A stretch of DNA of 27,042 nucleotides, taken from a virus. Its lineage: Duplodnaviria; Caudoviricetes. The notes under the pieces were generated by a model. That model was not told the origin of the DNA. It made no database searches and worked only from the letters and a program-made list of their open reading frames with translations. Shown piece after piece: positions 1 to 7,578 of this stretch; position 1 is the first letter of the stretch; every line of letters starts with the position of its first letter. Position numbers and translations under genes: made by a program. The DNA lies in the IMG/VR virus record IMGVR_UViG_3300020398_000222, positions 1-27,042 of that record, one strand, 5' to 3'.

Positions 1-594
1 ATGAAAAAAATAGTAGTAATGGCCTCTGGAGAAGGTTCAAATTTTAGTGCAATTGTCGATAGTGGTATTATAGTAGATTGTGTCATTACAGACAATAAGA
101 ATGCTAATGTAATTGAAAGAGCAAAAAATGTAAACATACCTGTTACGATAGTTGATAAAGATGTAGAAGAATATCATCAGCCGAGCGGCCGCATAAATAA
201 TGTGGGCGGTCGAGCAATGTCTAGTGTAATGTTTGATAATAAAATATTAAAAGTAATTCCGGAAGATACAGACTTGATAGTTCTTGCTGGATATTGTAGG
301 ATATTGTCATCGCATTTTTGTGAGAAATGGGACCATAAAATCATCAACGTCCACCCATCATTATTGCCTGCATTTTCGGGAACTATACATGCAATTAAAG
401 AAGCGTGGGAATATGGTTGTAAAGTATTTGGAGTAACCGTACATTGGGTTATTCCAAAGATTGATGCGGGGCCTATTATTGACCAACGAGCAATTCATAA
501 ATTGGATGGAGATACGTTAAAGGATATCACGCAAAAAATACGTAAAGTCGAACACTATATCTATCCAGCAACAATTAAAGAACTGATAAAATGA
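1..594 (+). CDS. purN: Phosphoribosylglycinamide formyltransferase
   Basis: SGEGSNFSAI phosphate-binding loop, DLIVLAGY, INVHPSLLPAF, GVTVHWV and DAGPIIDQ motifs of PurN. Confidence 0.9.
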   Translation: MKKIVVMASGEGSNFSAIVDSGIIVDCVITDNKNANVIERAKNVNIPVTIVDKDVEEYHQPSGRINNVGGRAMSSVMFDNKILKVIPEDTDLIVLAGYCRILSSHFCEKWDHKIINVHPSLLPAFSGTIHAIKEAWEYGCKVFGVTVHWVIPKIDAGPIIDQRAIHKLDGDTLKDITQKIRKVEHYIYPATIKELIK

Positions 595-607
595 AATTAT
601 AACAAAT

Positions 608-615
608 TATAAATA
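608..615 (+). promoter_or_regulatory. T4-type late promoter (TATAAATA)
   Basis: Exact TATAAATA in the intergenic gap ahead of the ATG at 634. Confidence 0.6.
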
Positions 616-633
616 AAAAAGAAATTGGACATT

Positions 634-1518
634 ATGACTACATTAATATCACCGCAAGATTTCACCACCATTACAAATAAACTCCGAACTTTTTTTAATG
701 AACATGGATTTCTTGATGTTCACACGCAAAGTCGTCTTTCGATTCTTGCTGCATGTGAAGACCCAACTACAGTAACTACTTTTGAATATTCTGGACAAGT
801 CTGGCCACTTCCTCAAACTGGTCAAATGTGGCTAGAATATGAACTCCTGACAAAACCAGACCTTAAAGGAGTTTATTGTGTTTCAACATCTTATAGACAA
901 GAACCAAATCCAATAGATGGAAGACATGAATTAATCTTTCCGATGTTTGAGTTTGAATCTCCTGGTAATTTTGATGATTTAATTAAATTAGAAGAAGATT
1001 TATGTAGTTTTTTAGGGTTTGGTTCATCATTTCCAAGTGGAAAATATATGGATGTTGTGAATCAGTTTAGAACCAATGACCAAGAAATTACAGCATATCA
1101 TGAAAAAGTAATATGTGAAAAATATGGTCCTGTATTTTTTCTTACCCACTTCCCCTTTCATACTTCACCGTTCTGGAATATGAAAGTATCAAAAGACAAA
1201 TGGAAAGTTGGTGGAAAAGATTCTATGATTCCTAGAGAAATAGAAGGCGACATTGCAATGAAATGCGATGTTATTATGGGCGGAATGGAAACAATAGGTT
1301 CTGCCGAACGATCAACAAATGTAGATGAAATGAAGAGTCAATTTCACACTATTTCTGATGGTGAATATTCTCAACTTCTTTATGATAAATTTGGTTATGA
1401 TAGAGTAGAAAAAGAATTAGATGAATTTTTAAGCCATGATTTCTTTCCTAGATTTGGAGGAGGAATCGGGATAACAAGGCTTATTAAAGCATTAGAATAC
1501 TGTGGAGTGGCGAAATAG
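634..1518 (+). CDS. AsnRS/AspRS-like class IIb synthetase paralog, catalytic domain only (AsnRS2/AS-AR-like)
   Basis: Motif 1 LRTFFNEHGFLDVHT, motif 2 YRQE...RHELIFPMFEFE, ETIGSAER, motif 3 PRFGGGIGITRLI. No N-terminal OB-fold anticodon-binding domain. ATG 634 preferred over TTG 625. Confidence 0.85.
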   Translation: MTTLISPQDFTTITNKLRTFFNEHGFLDVHTQSRLSILAACEDPTTVTTFEYSGQVWPLPQTGQMWLEYELLTKPDLKGVYCVSTSYRQEPNPIDGRHELIFPMFEFESPGNFDDLIKLEEDLCSFLGFGSSFPSGKYMDVVNQFRTNDQEITAYHEKVICEKYGPVFFLTHFPFHTSPFWNMKVSKDKWKVGGKDSMIPREIEGDIAMKCDVIMGGMETIGSAERSTNVDEMKSQFHTISDGEYSQLLYDKFGYDRVEKELDEFLSHDFFPRFGGGIGITRLIKALEYCGVAK

Positions 1519-1579
1519 GTAAACGCAATCTGTTGTTGGCAGAATAAATTTGGTGGTTCGACTCCACCCTCCACAGCCA
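1501..1579 (+). tRNA. Non-canonical tRNA-Asn(GTT)-like gene overlapping the 3' end of the AsnRS-like CDS
   Basis: Acceptor TGTGGAG/CTCCACA, discriminator G, encoded CCA (1577-1579); D arm GCG-AAATAGGTAAA-CGC; stem TCTG/CAGA with loop TTGTTGG (GTT 1535-1537); T arm GGTGG-TTCGACT-CCACC. Confidence 0.8.
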
Positions 1580-1656
1580 ATTTGATAAAGAATTATTTAT
1601 AAAAAAATTAATTACTGATCCAGTGAATATATTGATAGCAATATCTAACATGGGTG

Positions 1657-1664
1657 TATAAATA
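1657..1664 (+). promoter_or_regulatory. T4-type late promoter (TATAAATA)
   Basis: Exact TATAAATA, intergenic, upstream of the 1719-4004 gene trio. Confidence 0.6.
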
Positions 1665-1718
1665 TAATTGAACTCTCCATGGATGGAAATCTAAACAATA
1701 ACAATATAAGGTGATTAA

Positions 1719-2063
1719 ATGGAAGATATATTTAACTCTATGAATCTTATTATGATTGGTATCATAGTATTCTCATCTTTTTGGATTTTTTTATTTAATT
1801 ACCGTCAAGACCATAAAGAAAAATATAAAGGGAATATACTACTCATCATATTTGACCTATTCATCAACTTAGGCATGTCTATTTCAGGTTTTCTGTTAAT
1901 ATTGGTTGTTTTTAATAATGTGCCACAAGCACAAGCATACGATTCCTATAAGTATCCTGTAGGTTTCTTATTTGGGCTTACTTCAAATGTGAGTATTCCT
2001 ATAGTTTTAAAATGGTTTCAAAACCAAATTACTGCTAAATTATCTCAGGTAGGCAAAAAGTAA
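1719..2063 (+). CDS. Small integral membrane protein (about 3 TM)
   Basis: Three hydrophobic stretches; AAGGTG RBS before the ATG. Confidence 0.7.
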   Translation: MEDIFNSMNLIMIGIIVFSSFWIFLFNYRQDHKEKYKGNILLIIFDLFINLGMSISGFLLILVVFNNVPQAQAYDSYKYPVGFLFGLTSNVSIPIVLKWFQNQITAKLSQVGKK

Positions 2064-2091
2064 ATAATATTTTTGAATAAGGGGTTTGTTA

Positions 2092-2550
2092 ATGGCTGAA
2101 AAAACTAAAGAGCCAGAAGGTATTGGTCAAGAAATAGAAACGGAAAAAGGAGAAGTTAGATTTGAACCTGTCAAAAAGATTGAGGAAGATACATTTGATG
2201 CGGTAAAAAGTCTTAAAACTTATCTCTTTATAACAATTGGATTACTAGTGTATTTACTATTCCTAGTAATACCAGATATTGATGAAAAAGTAACTTGGAT
2301 TGAAAAGGACCTTACTTCAGTTCTCGTAACAAGTGAGAGATATAAAGCGGCAACTAGAGTATTTGCTAAAGGAAATGCGTGTGCAGAGTGTCATTTACAT
2401 CCTGACCATTTAATATCTGGACTGCAAACAACTCATCCTAGTTTTGCTGATTTAAAGGCATTCATGAATATAGGTCATCAAAAATATTATACGAGGACGA
2501 CTCCTATTGCTGATGAAGAGTTAATGAATATATACAGAGTTCTTAAATGA
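2092..2550 (+). CDS. Membrane-anchored monoheme c-type cytochrome
   Basis: One TM helix, then CAECH heme motif and a C-terminal ADEELMNIYRVL helix typical of class I cytochrome c; AAGGGG RBS favours ATG 2092. Confidence 0.7.
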   Translation: MAEKTKEPEGIGQEIETEKGEVRFEPVKKIEEDTFDAVKSLKTYLFITIGLLVYLLFLVIPDIDEKVTWIEKDLTSVLVTSERYKAATRVFAKGNACAECHLHPDHLISGLQTTHPSFADLKAFMNIGHQKYYTRTTPIADEELMNIYRVLK

Positions 2551-4004
2551 TACATAAAATCTTCTTTGCAATGATAACTATGTTTTGGATATTAATCATA
2601 GCGCAAGGATATGTTCTCCAAGGGATGGATATTACTATTGAATCTAAATTCACAATTAATAATAAATTAGATATTACTGCTATGATGGAAGATGCAGGAT
2701 ATAAAGATAGAGGTGAATTTTTAATTGCAATGGAAAAAGTAACTGGTAATCACACTTGGGACCTTACGGTGGATGAAGGTGATACATTTACAATCCCTTC
2801 AATGCATAGAGTTGAAAGACAATTTGATGAAGAAAATGATTTAAATGTAAAGGAGATGAAAAATGTTGATGATGTACCTGTACCTACTGACCATATATCA
2901 ATCAAAACAGAAGAATTAGCTGACCTCAAAAAAGAATTAAAACGTCTTAAACAAGTAGAGATAAACCATAAGATGGCTAAAGGACATGTTATGGAGTATC
3001 TAATTGGCGAAGAATATAATCCAACGTATGGTTCTACAGTTAAAAGAATATTAGCAAGAGGATATGTTATATGTGGAACATATGCTGATACCCCAGGTTT
3101 TAGTGAATTATTTCATAAGACACATGATGGAGTATCTCCAGGATGGTATGGTTTTGATGTAGATATTTGTAAAGCATTTGCAGTCGCATTATTCAGAGAC
3201 AAAAATAAAATAAAATTTGAAGAGATAAATGGTAAAACACGTTTTGAAAAATTGTTTGATGGTACAATTGATATATTATCTGCTACAACAACATGGACAT
3301 TTTCAAGAGATGTAGATTGGAGAATAGAATTTCTTCCAACAGTATTTTATGATGGACAAGGATTTATAGTTAGAAAGAATTTGGGCGTTACGAGTGCAAA
3401 AGATATGATTAGTGCTAGAATATGTTATAATACAGGTAGTACAGCCGCACAAAATGTACACGATTTTTTTGAAAAGTGGGACATAGATTTTATTCCTGTT
3501 CCTGTCCCACCTGGAGAAAGCACTAAACAATATTATCTTAATAATGATTGCGATATGTATGGTACAGATATGTCAGCATTAGCAGGGCATAAAACTACAT
3601 TTCCTAATCCAGAACGACATATGATATTGCCTGAAGTTATATCAAAAGAACCATTAGGCCCAGCAGTTAAATATGGAGACCAGTTGTGGTCTGATATTGC
3701 TAGATGGACTATAAATGTATTATTTTTAGCGGAGGAGTTGGGCATAACATCTAAAAATATTGATGAATATGTAGAAAATATAGACCCTACAATTCAAAGA
3801 TTTATGGGAGAAAGAGACGGAGAGGGGCACGATAATTTAGGTGTTAAATTGACATTAAATGCAAATTGGAGTATAGAGGTAATTAGACAATTGGGCAATT
3901 ATGAAGAACTTTATGATAAACATGTGAAACCATTAGGGTTGAGTCGTGGACATAATGAGTTATATACTAATGGAGGTTTGTTATATGCGCCTCCTTTAAA
4001 ATAA
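2547..4004 (+). CDS. General L-amino acid ABC substrate-binding protein (AapJ/BztA-like) with long N-terminal extension
   Basis: GFDVDICKAFAVALF, TTWTFSRD, FYDGQGF, ILPEVISKEPLGPAVK, GLLYAPP motifs; signal/anchor plus about 140 extra residues. Confidence 0.85.
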   Translation: MIHKIFFAMITMFWILIIAQGYVLQGMDITIESKFTINNKLDITAMMEDAGYKDRGEFLIAMEKVTGNHTWDLTVDEGDTFTIPSMHRVERQFDEENDLNVKEMKNVDDVPVPTDHISIKTEELADLKKELKRLKQVEINHKMAKGHVMEYLIGEEYNPTYGSTVKRILARGYVICGTYADTPGFSELFHKTHDGVSPGWYGFDVDICKAFAVALFRDKNKIKFEEINGKTRFEKLFDGTIDILSATTTWTFSRDVDWRIEFLPTVFYDGQGFIVRKNLGVTSAKDMISARICYNTGSTAAQNVHDFFEKWDIDFIPVPVPPGESTKQYYLNNDCDMYGTDMSALAGHKTTFPNPERHMILPEVISKEPLGPAVKYGDQLWSDIARWTINVLFLAEELGITSKNIDEYVENIDPTIQRFMGERDGEGHDNLGVKLTLNANWSIEVIRQLGNYEELYDKHVKPLGLSRGHNELYTNGGLLYAPPLK

Positions 4005-4023
4005 TTCTTACCTAAATAATTTT

Positions 4024-4266
4024 ATGAGAACAGACGAACAAATTGAACGAGAAGTACAACTGTTTAATAATTTACCATCCTTACTCGAATTATCAAAAAA
4101 ACTATATGATATTTTGCCTGAAAATCATAAAGGACGAAATGAAATTTCAAAACAGGTCACAAAATTAAGAATAAATTTAATTAAGCTAGATGTTATTTGT
4201 CAAGATATACAATGGGGACTATTACAAAAAGAATCTCGAATGAAATATAGAAAGGAGTATCATTGA
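4024..4266 (+). CDS. Hypothetical protein
   Basis: 80-aa ORF in gene-dense + strand context. Confidence 0.6.
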   Translation: MRTDEQIEREVQLFNNLPSLLELSKKLYDILPENHKGRNEISKQVTKLRINLIKLDVICQDIQWGLLQKESRMKYRKEYH

Positions 4267-4543
4267 AATAAATAAAACAATTAACAGACATTGGAGAGAT
4301 TGGGCTGCATTAGTATATTTGTTTATCTGTTTGGTTGATTTTTTCATTGCTCCTTTGATGTGGAACATAGGCATGACTATGGAGAGTGATGAAATAAAAA
4401 TGAACACAAGTAGATGGGCTCCTCTTACATTACAGGCTGGCGCAATGTTTCACCTATCATTCGGAGCTATACTAGGTGCAACAGCATGGAGAAAAAAAGA
4501 TGAAGTGGAAGTTCATAATCGTAATAGTGGCTCTAGTTCTTAG
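4262..4543 (+). CDS. GTA-type 3TM holin-like protein, probable non-ATG start
   Basis: HWRDWAALVYLFICLVDFFIAP...WAPLTLQAGAMFHLSFGAILGATAW fits the GTA_holin_3TM pattern; frame is open upstream of TTG 4319 to an ATT at 4262 behind AAGGAG. Confidence 0.65.
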   Translation: MEINKTINRHWRDWAALVYLFICLVDFFIAPLMWNIGMTMESDEIKMNTSRWAPLTLQAGAMFHLSFGAILGATAWRKKDEVEVHNRNSGSSS

Positions 4544-5234
4544 TGGTTGTGCATTTACAAATCAATGGTTGGATATGAGTGGTGATAGGGGAACTAGAAT
4601 AGATTTACCAGTTAACATAGAAGAACTGGTTGAGATGGCCACATATTGTAAAGACATTTATGATAATTCATTATATGAAATAAGGAATAATGAATATGCA
4701 TATAATGTAATTGAAAATCGTGGAGTCACTATTATTATATTCCGTGGTACAAATAATCGTGAAAATATAATTACTGATTTAGACTTTAGAGTAATAGAAG
4801 ACGAAAAACTTGATGTGGAACTTCATCGTGGATTTAGATATGCGACAGAAAAACTTTATAACGAAATAATAAAAAAGTATGAATTAGAACAGACAATTTA
4901 TCTTACTGGTCATAGTCTTGGTGGTGCAATTGCTCAAATCATGGGACTGTGGTTTGAAGAAGACGGATATGAAGTTCAAATTTATACTTTTGGTTCACCA
5001 AAAATATCGAATACAGATTTTGGAGATGATGTTCATTTTCGGGTATATTTAGAGGATGACCCAGTACCTTATTTGCCTCCATTTCCATATATACATTGGG
5101 GAGTCAGAATAAACGCTGAAACTCTTATTTGGGAAGAAAGACATCCAGTAGAAGATTTTATGAAAATTAATGCCCAAGACCATTCTATAATTGAATATTT
5201 AAATATTTTAAAACGACATTTAGTGTATGAATAA
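4500..5234 (+). CDS. Lipase class 3 family lipoprotein
   Basis: MKWKF...LSGC lipobox from ATG 4500 (GGAGA RBS); FRGT, HRGF, GHSLGG, YTFGSP, DPVPYLP motifs. Confidence 0.85.
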   Translation: MKWKFIIVIVALVLSGCAFTNQWLDMSGDRGTRIDLPVNIEELVEMATYCKDIYDNSLYEIRNNEYAYNVIENRGVTIIIFRGTNNRENIITDLDFRVIEDEKLDVELHRGFRYATEKLYNEIIKKYELEQTIYLTGHSLGGAIAQIMGLWFEEDGYEVQIYTFGSPKISNTDFGDDVHFRVYLEDDPVPYLPPFPYIHWGVRINAETLIWEERHPVEDFMKINAQDHSIIEYLNILKRHLVYE

Positions 5235-5252
5235 GAAAGAGTGGATATTTAA

Positions 5253-5396
5253 GTGGTTATTAAAATAATTAGAGAGATACTAGAACAAATTTTTATTTTG
5301 GGTCTTACTTGGGGATATTTTTTGGGAGCATTGCCTTTAATTTTAGGAATTGTTGGAGCAATATATTTTAGGCCATGTAATTTCGGTTTGTGTTAA
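5253..5396 (+). CDS. Small 47-aa membrane protein (not in ORF track)
   Basis: GTG..TAA frame filling the lipase-SbmA gap: MVIKIIREILEQIFILGLTWGYFLGALPLILGIVGAIYFRPCNFGLC. Confidence 0.5.
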   Translation: MVIKIIREILEQIFILGLTWGYFLGALPLILGIVGAIYFRPCNFGLC

Positions 5397-5411
5397 CAGA
5401 AAAGGAATATT

Positions 5412-6440
5412 ATGATAAAAAGTTTTTATAGGTCAAAGGAATGGGCATCGTGGGCTTATGGCGGAGGTTTAGGCCTTATGCTCTCGTTATGGTTACAAGT
5501 GCAGATGAGTGTTGCGATTAATACCTGGTATGGAGGTTTTTATGATTTGCTTCAGAATGCAATTAAGTATAAAGATGCCCCACAAGAGGGTATCGAACAA
5601 TTATTTACTCAATTGATTGGATTGGGTTATGTCTTTGAAGGATTTTCAGGAAGTCCTTCTTTTGCAGTTATTGCATTTCCGTATGTACTTCTTGCAGTAT
5701 TCACAAACTGGTTCACTAGAATCTATGGACTGAGGTGGAGAGAGGCAATTACCTTCTCCTATATTCCAAGATGGAGGGCAGTTAAGGAAGACATAGAAGG
5801 GTCTAGTCAAAGGATTCAGGAAGATTGTAATCGTTTTGCTAGAATAGTAGAATCATTAGGATTACAGATTGTTCGTGCTATAATGACATTGGTTGCATTT
5901 ATTCCGATTTTATATACGTTGTCTGATAAGGTTGATATTGAACCATTTAAGAGTATAGAAGGAAGTTTAGTATGGGGTACATTCATTGTTTCGATTGGCG
6001 GCCTTGCAATTTCATGGTTTGTGGGTTGGAAACTTCCAGGATTGGAATATAATAATCAAAAAGTTGAGGCTGCATTTAGAAAAGATTTGGTTTTGGGTGA
6101 AGATGATAAAGTAAATTATGCTAAACCAGAAACTATTGGTGAGTTATTCTTGGGAATCCGTTATAATTATCATCGCCTGTATATGCACTATGGATATTTT
6201 GATGTATGGATGAACTTTTATGACCAATTTATGATAATTGTACCTTATGTGATAATGGGCCCAGGACTTTTTACGGGGGCCATAACTTTAGGAGTAATGG
6301 TTCAGGTGAGTAATGCGTTTAGTAAGGTGCATGGTGGGTTTGCGTTATTCCTGCACAATTGGACAACTATTACCGAACTTAGGTCAATTTGGCGCCGCCT
6401 GCACGAGTTTGAGGCTAAATTGGTGGAATATAGTAAATAG
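5412..6440 (+). CDS. SbmA/BacA-like peptide transporter
   Basis: WYGGFYDLLQ, IEGSSQRIQED, LPGLEYNNQKVEAAFRKDLVLGED, NWTTITELRSI motifs; multiple TMs; AAGGA RBS. Confidence 0.85.
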   Translation: MIKSFYRSKEWASWAYGGGLGLMLSLWLQVQMSVAINTWYGGFYDLLQNAIKYKDAPQEGIEQLFTQLIGLGYVFEGFSGSPSFAVIAFPYVLLAVFTNWFTRIYGLRWREAITFSYIPRWRAVKEDIEGSSQRIQEDCNRFARIVESLGLQIVRAIMTLVAFIPILYTLSDKVDIEPFKSIEGSLVWGTFIVSIGGLAISWFVGWKLPGLEYNNQKVEAAFRKDLVLGEDDKVNYAKPETIGELFLGIRYNYHRLYMHYGYFDVWMNFYDQFMIIVPYVIMGPGLFTGAITLGVMVQVSNAFSKVHGGFALFLHNWTTITELRSIWRRLHEFEAKLVEYSK

Positions 6441-6457
6441 ATAAAAGGTGTAAATGT

Positions 6458-6499
6458 TATAAATACAAATAGAGGGAATGTATCGTGCATTCCCTCTAT
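6458..6499 (+). promoter_or_regulatory. Late promoter TATAAATA followed by a 12-bp hairpin
   Basis: TATAAATA 6458-6465; ATAGAGGGAATG (6469-6480) pairs perfectly with CATTCCCTCTAT (6488-6499). Confidence 0.6.
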
Positions 6500-6557
6500 C
6501 CTAAACACAACAATCTTTTGGGAGAATGTCATGCCTACAGATATTTATCACGCTTAA

Positions 6558-6878
6558 ATGAAACTACATAAATATAACGCTATCTTATATTATGAATATT
6601 TGTTCAGTAAATTTAATGTAATAATATTGTTAATATTCTTATTTTCTTGTGCGCCATATGAGGATGAAAAGTGGGCCACTAGTCTAACCCCTGTGCCCAG
6701 ATTTGAGAAGTATTATAATGCTGGGATTTACGGTATTAATAAAAAATATATAACACAATATTGTGACAAGCATGGTAATGCAAAATGGTTACGATATAAT
6801 AGTGATACTAAGATTTGGAAACAATTTAGATATACAACAAAAGGATGCATAGAAACAACTTCCAAACCAAATAATTAA
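6558..6878 (+). CDS. Hypothetical lipoprotein-like protein
   Basis: Hydrophobic stretch ending in LFSC; true start uncertain. Confidence 0.5.
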   Translation: MKLHKYNAILYYEYLFSKFNVIILLIFLFSCAPYEDEKWATSLTPVPRFEKYYNAGIYGINKKYITQYCDKHGNAKWLRYNSDTKIWKQFRYTTKGCIETTSKPNN

Positions 6879-6881
6879 GAA

Positions 6882-7571
6882 ATGCCAGACCACAAACTTG
6901 CAGAAAGAATCGACATGATAAATGAAGGAGACTTAAACAATGACGATTATTCTTACGATACTTATATGATTAATATTATAACAGTATCATTTTTAATAAG
7001 TATTATTCTAGGATTTATAATATTTTTTACGGGGACGGCTAAAGCTGAAGACAATTTGGAGAAGTTGCGGCAGCTCCAAACTGCATCAGAGATAGATTAT
7101 ATCAAAATAGGATGGCCATCATCACTAATTTATGATATTACTACTGGGTGTGTTCAAGGAACACTACGATGGATAGTACAATCTAATCCTGCATTAATTG
7201 GGCGAATACCTCCACTACCAGCACAAAGATTAATTCTAGAACATTGTTTTTGTTTATTAGATAGAATTAGAAATCAATATAATCTAGAAGAATATTTTAA
7301 ACTGATAACACAGCCAAAAGTTTTTGGGGAGGTTCGAACACAGACGGCAATACGGTGTATTCAACATGATGGTACATTACGAGGTATGGTGACACTAAAT
7401 GAATCAACAGATAATGAAACTACAAGTGATAATGAAACTACAAGTGATAATGAACCTACAATTGATAATTCGACAGTAATACCAGAGAAACAGGAAGATT
7501 CCGAAGAGTCATTACCAGACCAACCAAAAGAGGAATCATCTAATGAATCTGAATCAATTTTTCAAGGATAA
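6882..7571 (+). CDS. Exported Cys-motif protein with acidic repeat tail
   Basis: Signal-like TM ending AKA; C...CFCLLDRIR...C domain; DNETTS repeats. Confidence 0.65.
   Translation: MPDHKLAERIDMINEGDLNNDDYSYDTYMINIITVSFLISIILGFIIFFTGTAKAEDNLEKLRQLQTASEIDYIKIGWPSSLIYDITTGCVQGTLRWIVQSNPALIGRIPPLPAQRLILEHCFCLLDRIRNQYNLEEYFKLITQPKVFGEVRTQTAIRCIQHDGTLRGMVTLNESTDNETTSDNETTSDNEPTIDNSTVIPEKQEDSEESLPDQPKEESSNESESIFQG
7410..7469 (+). repeat. 18-bp in-frame tandem repeat (DNETTS-DNETTS-DNEPTI-DN)
   Basis: GATAATGAAACTACAAGT twice, then GATAATGAACCTACAATT and GATAAT. Confidence 0.9.
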
Positions 7572-7578
7572 ATTACGA

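Noticed and set aside
1501-1579. tRNA-like element as tmRNA, tRNA-Sec or an attachment site
   Set aside because: It is a contiguous 79-nt cloverleaf with no tag ORF, no TCA anticodon or long variable arm, no duplicated 3' end and no integrase nearby.
1395-1580. Minus-strand ORFs over the tRNAs (also 24576-24872)
   Set aside because: They are antisense shadows of tRNA and CDS sequence with no recognisable motifs.
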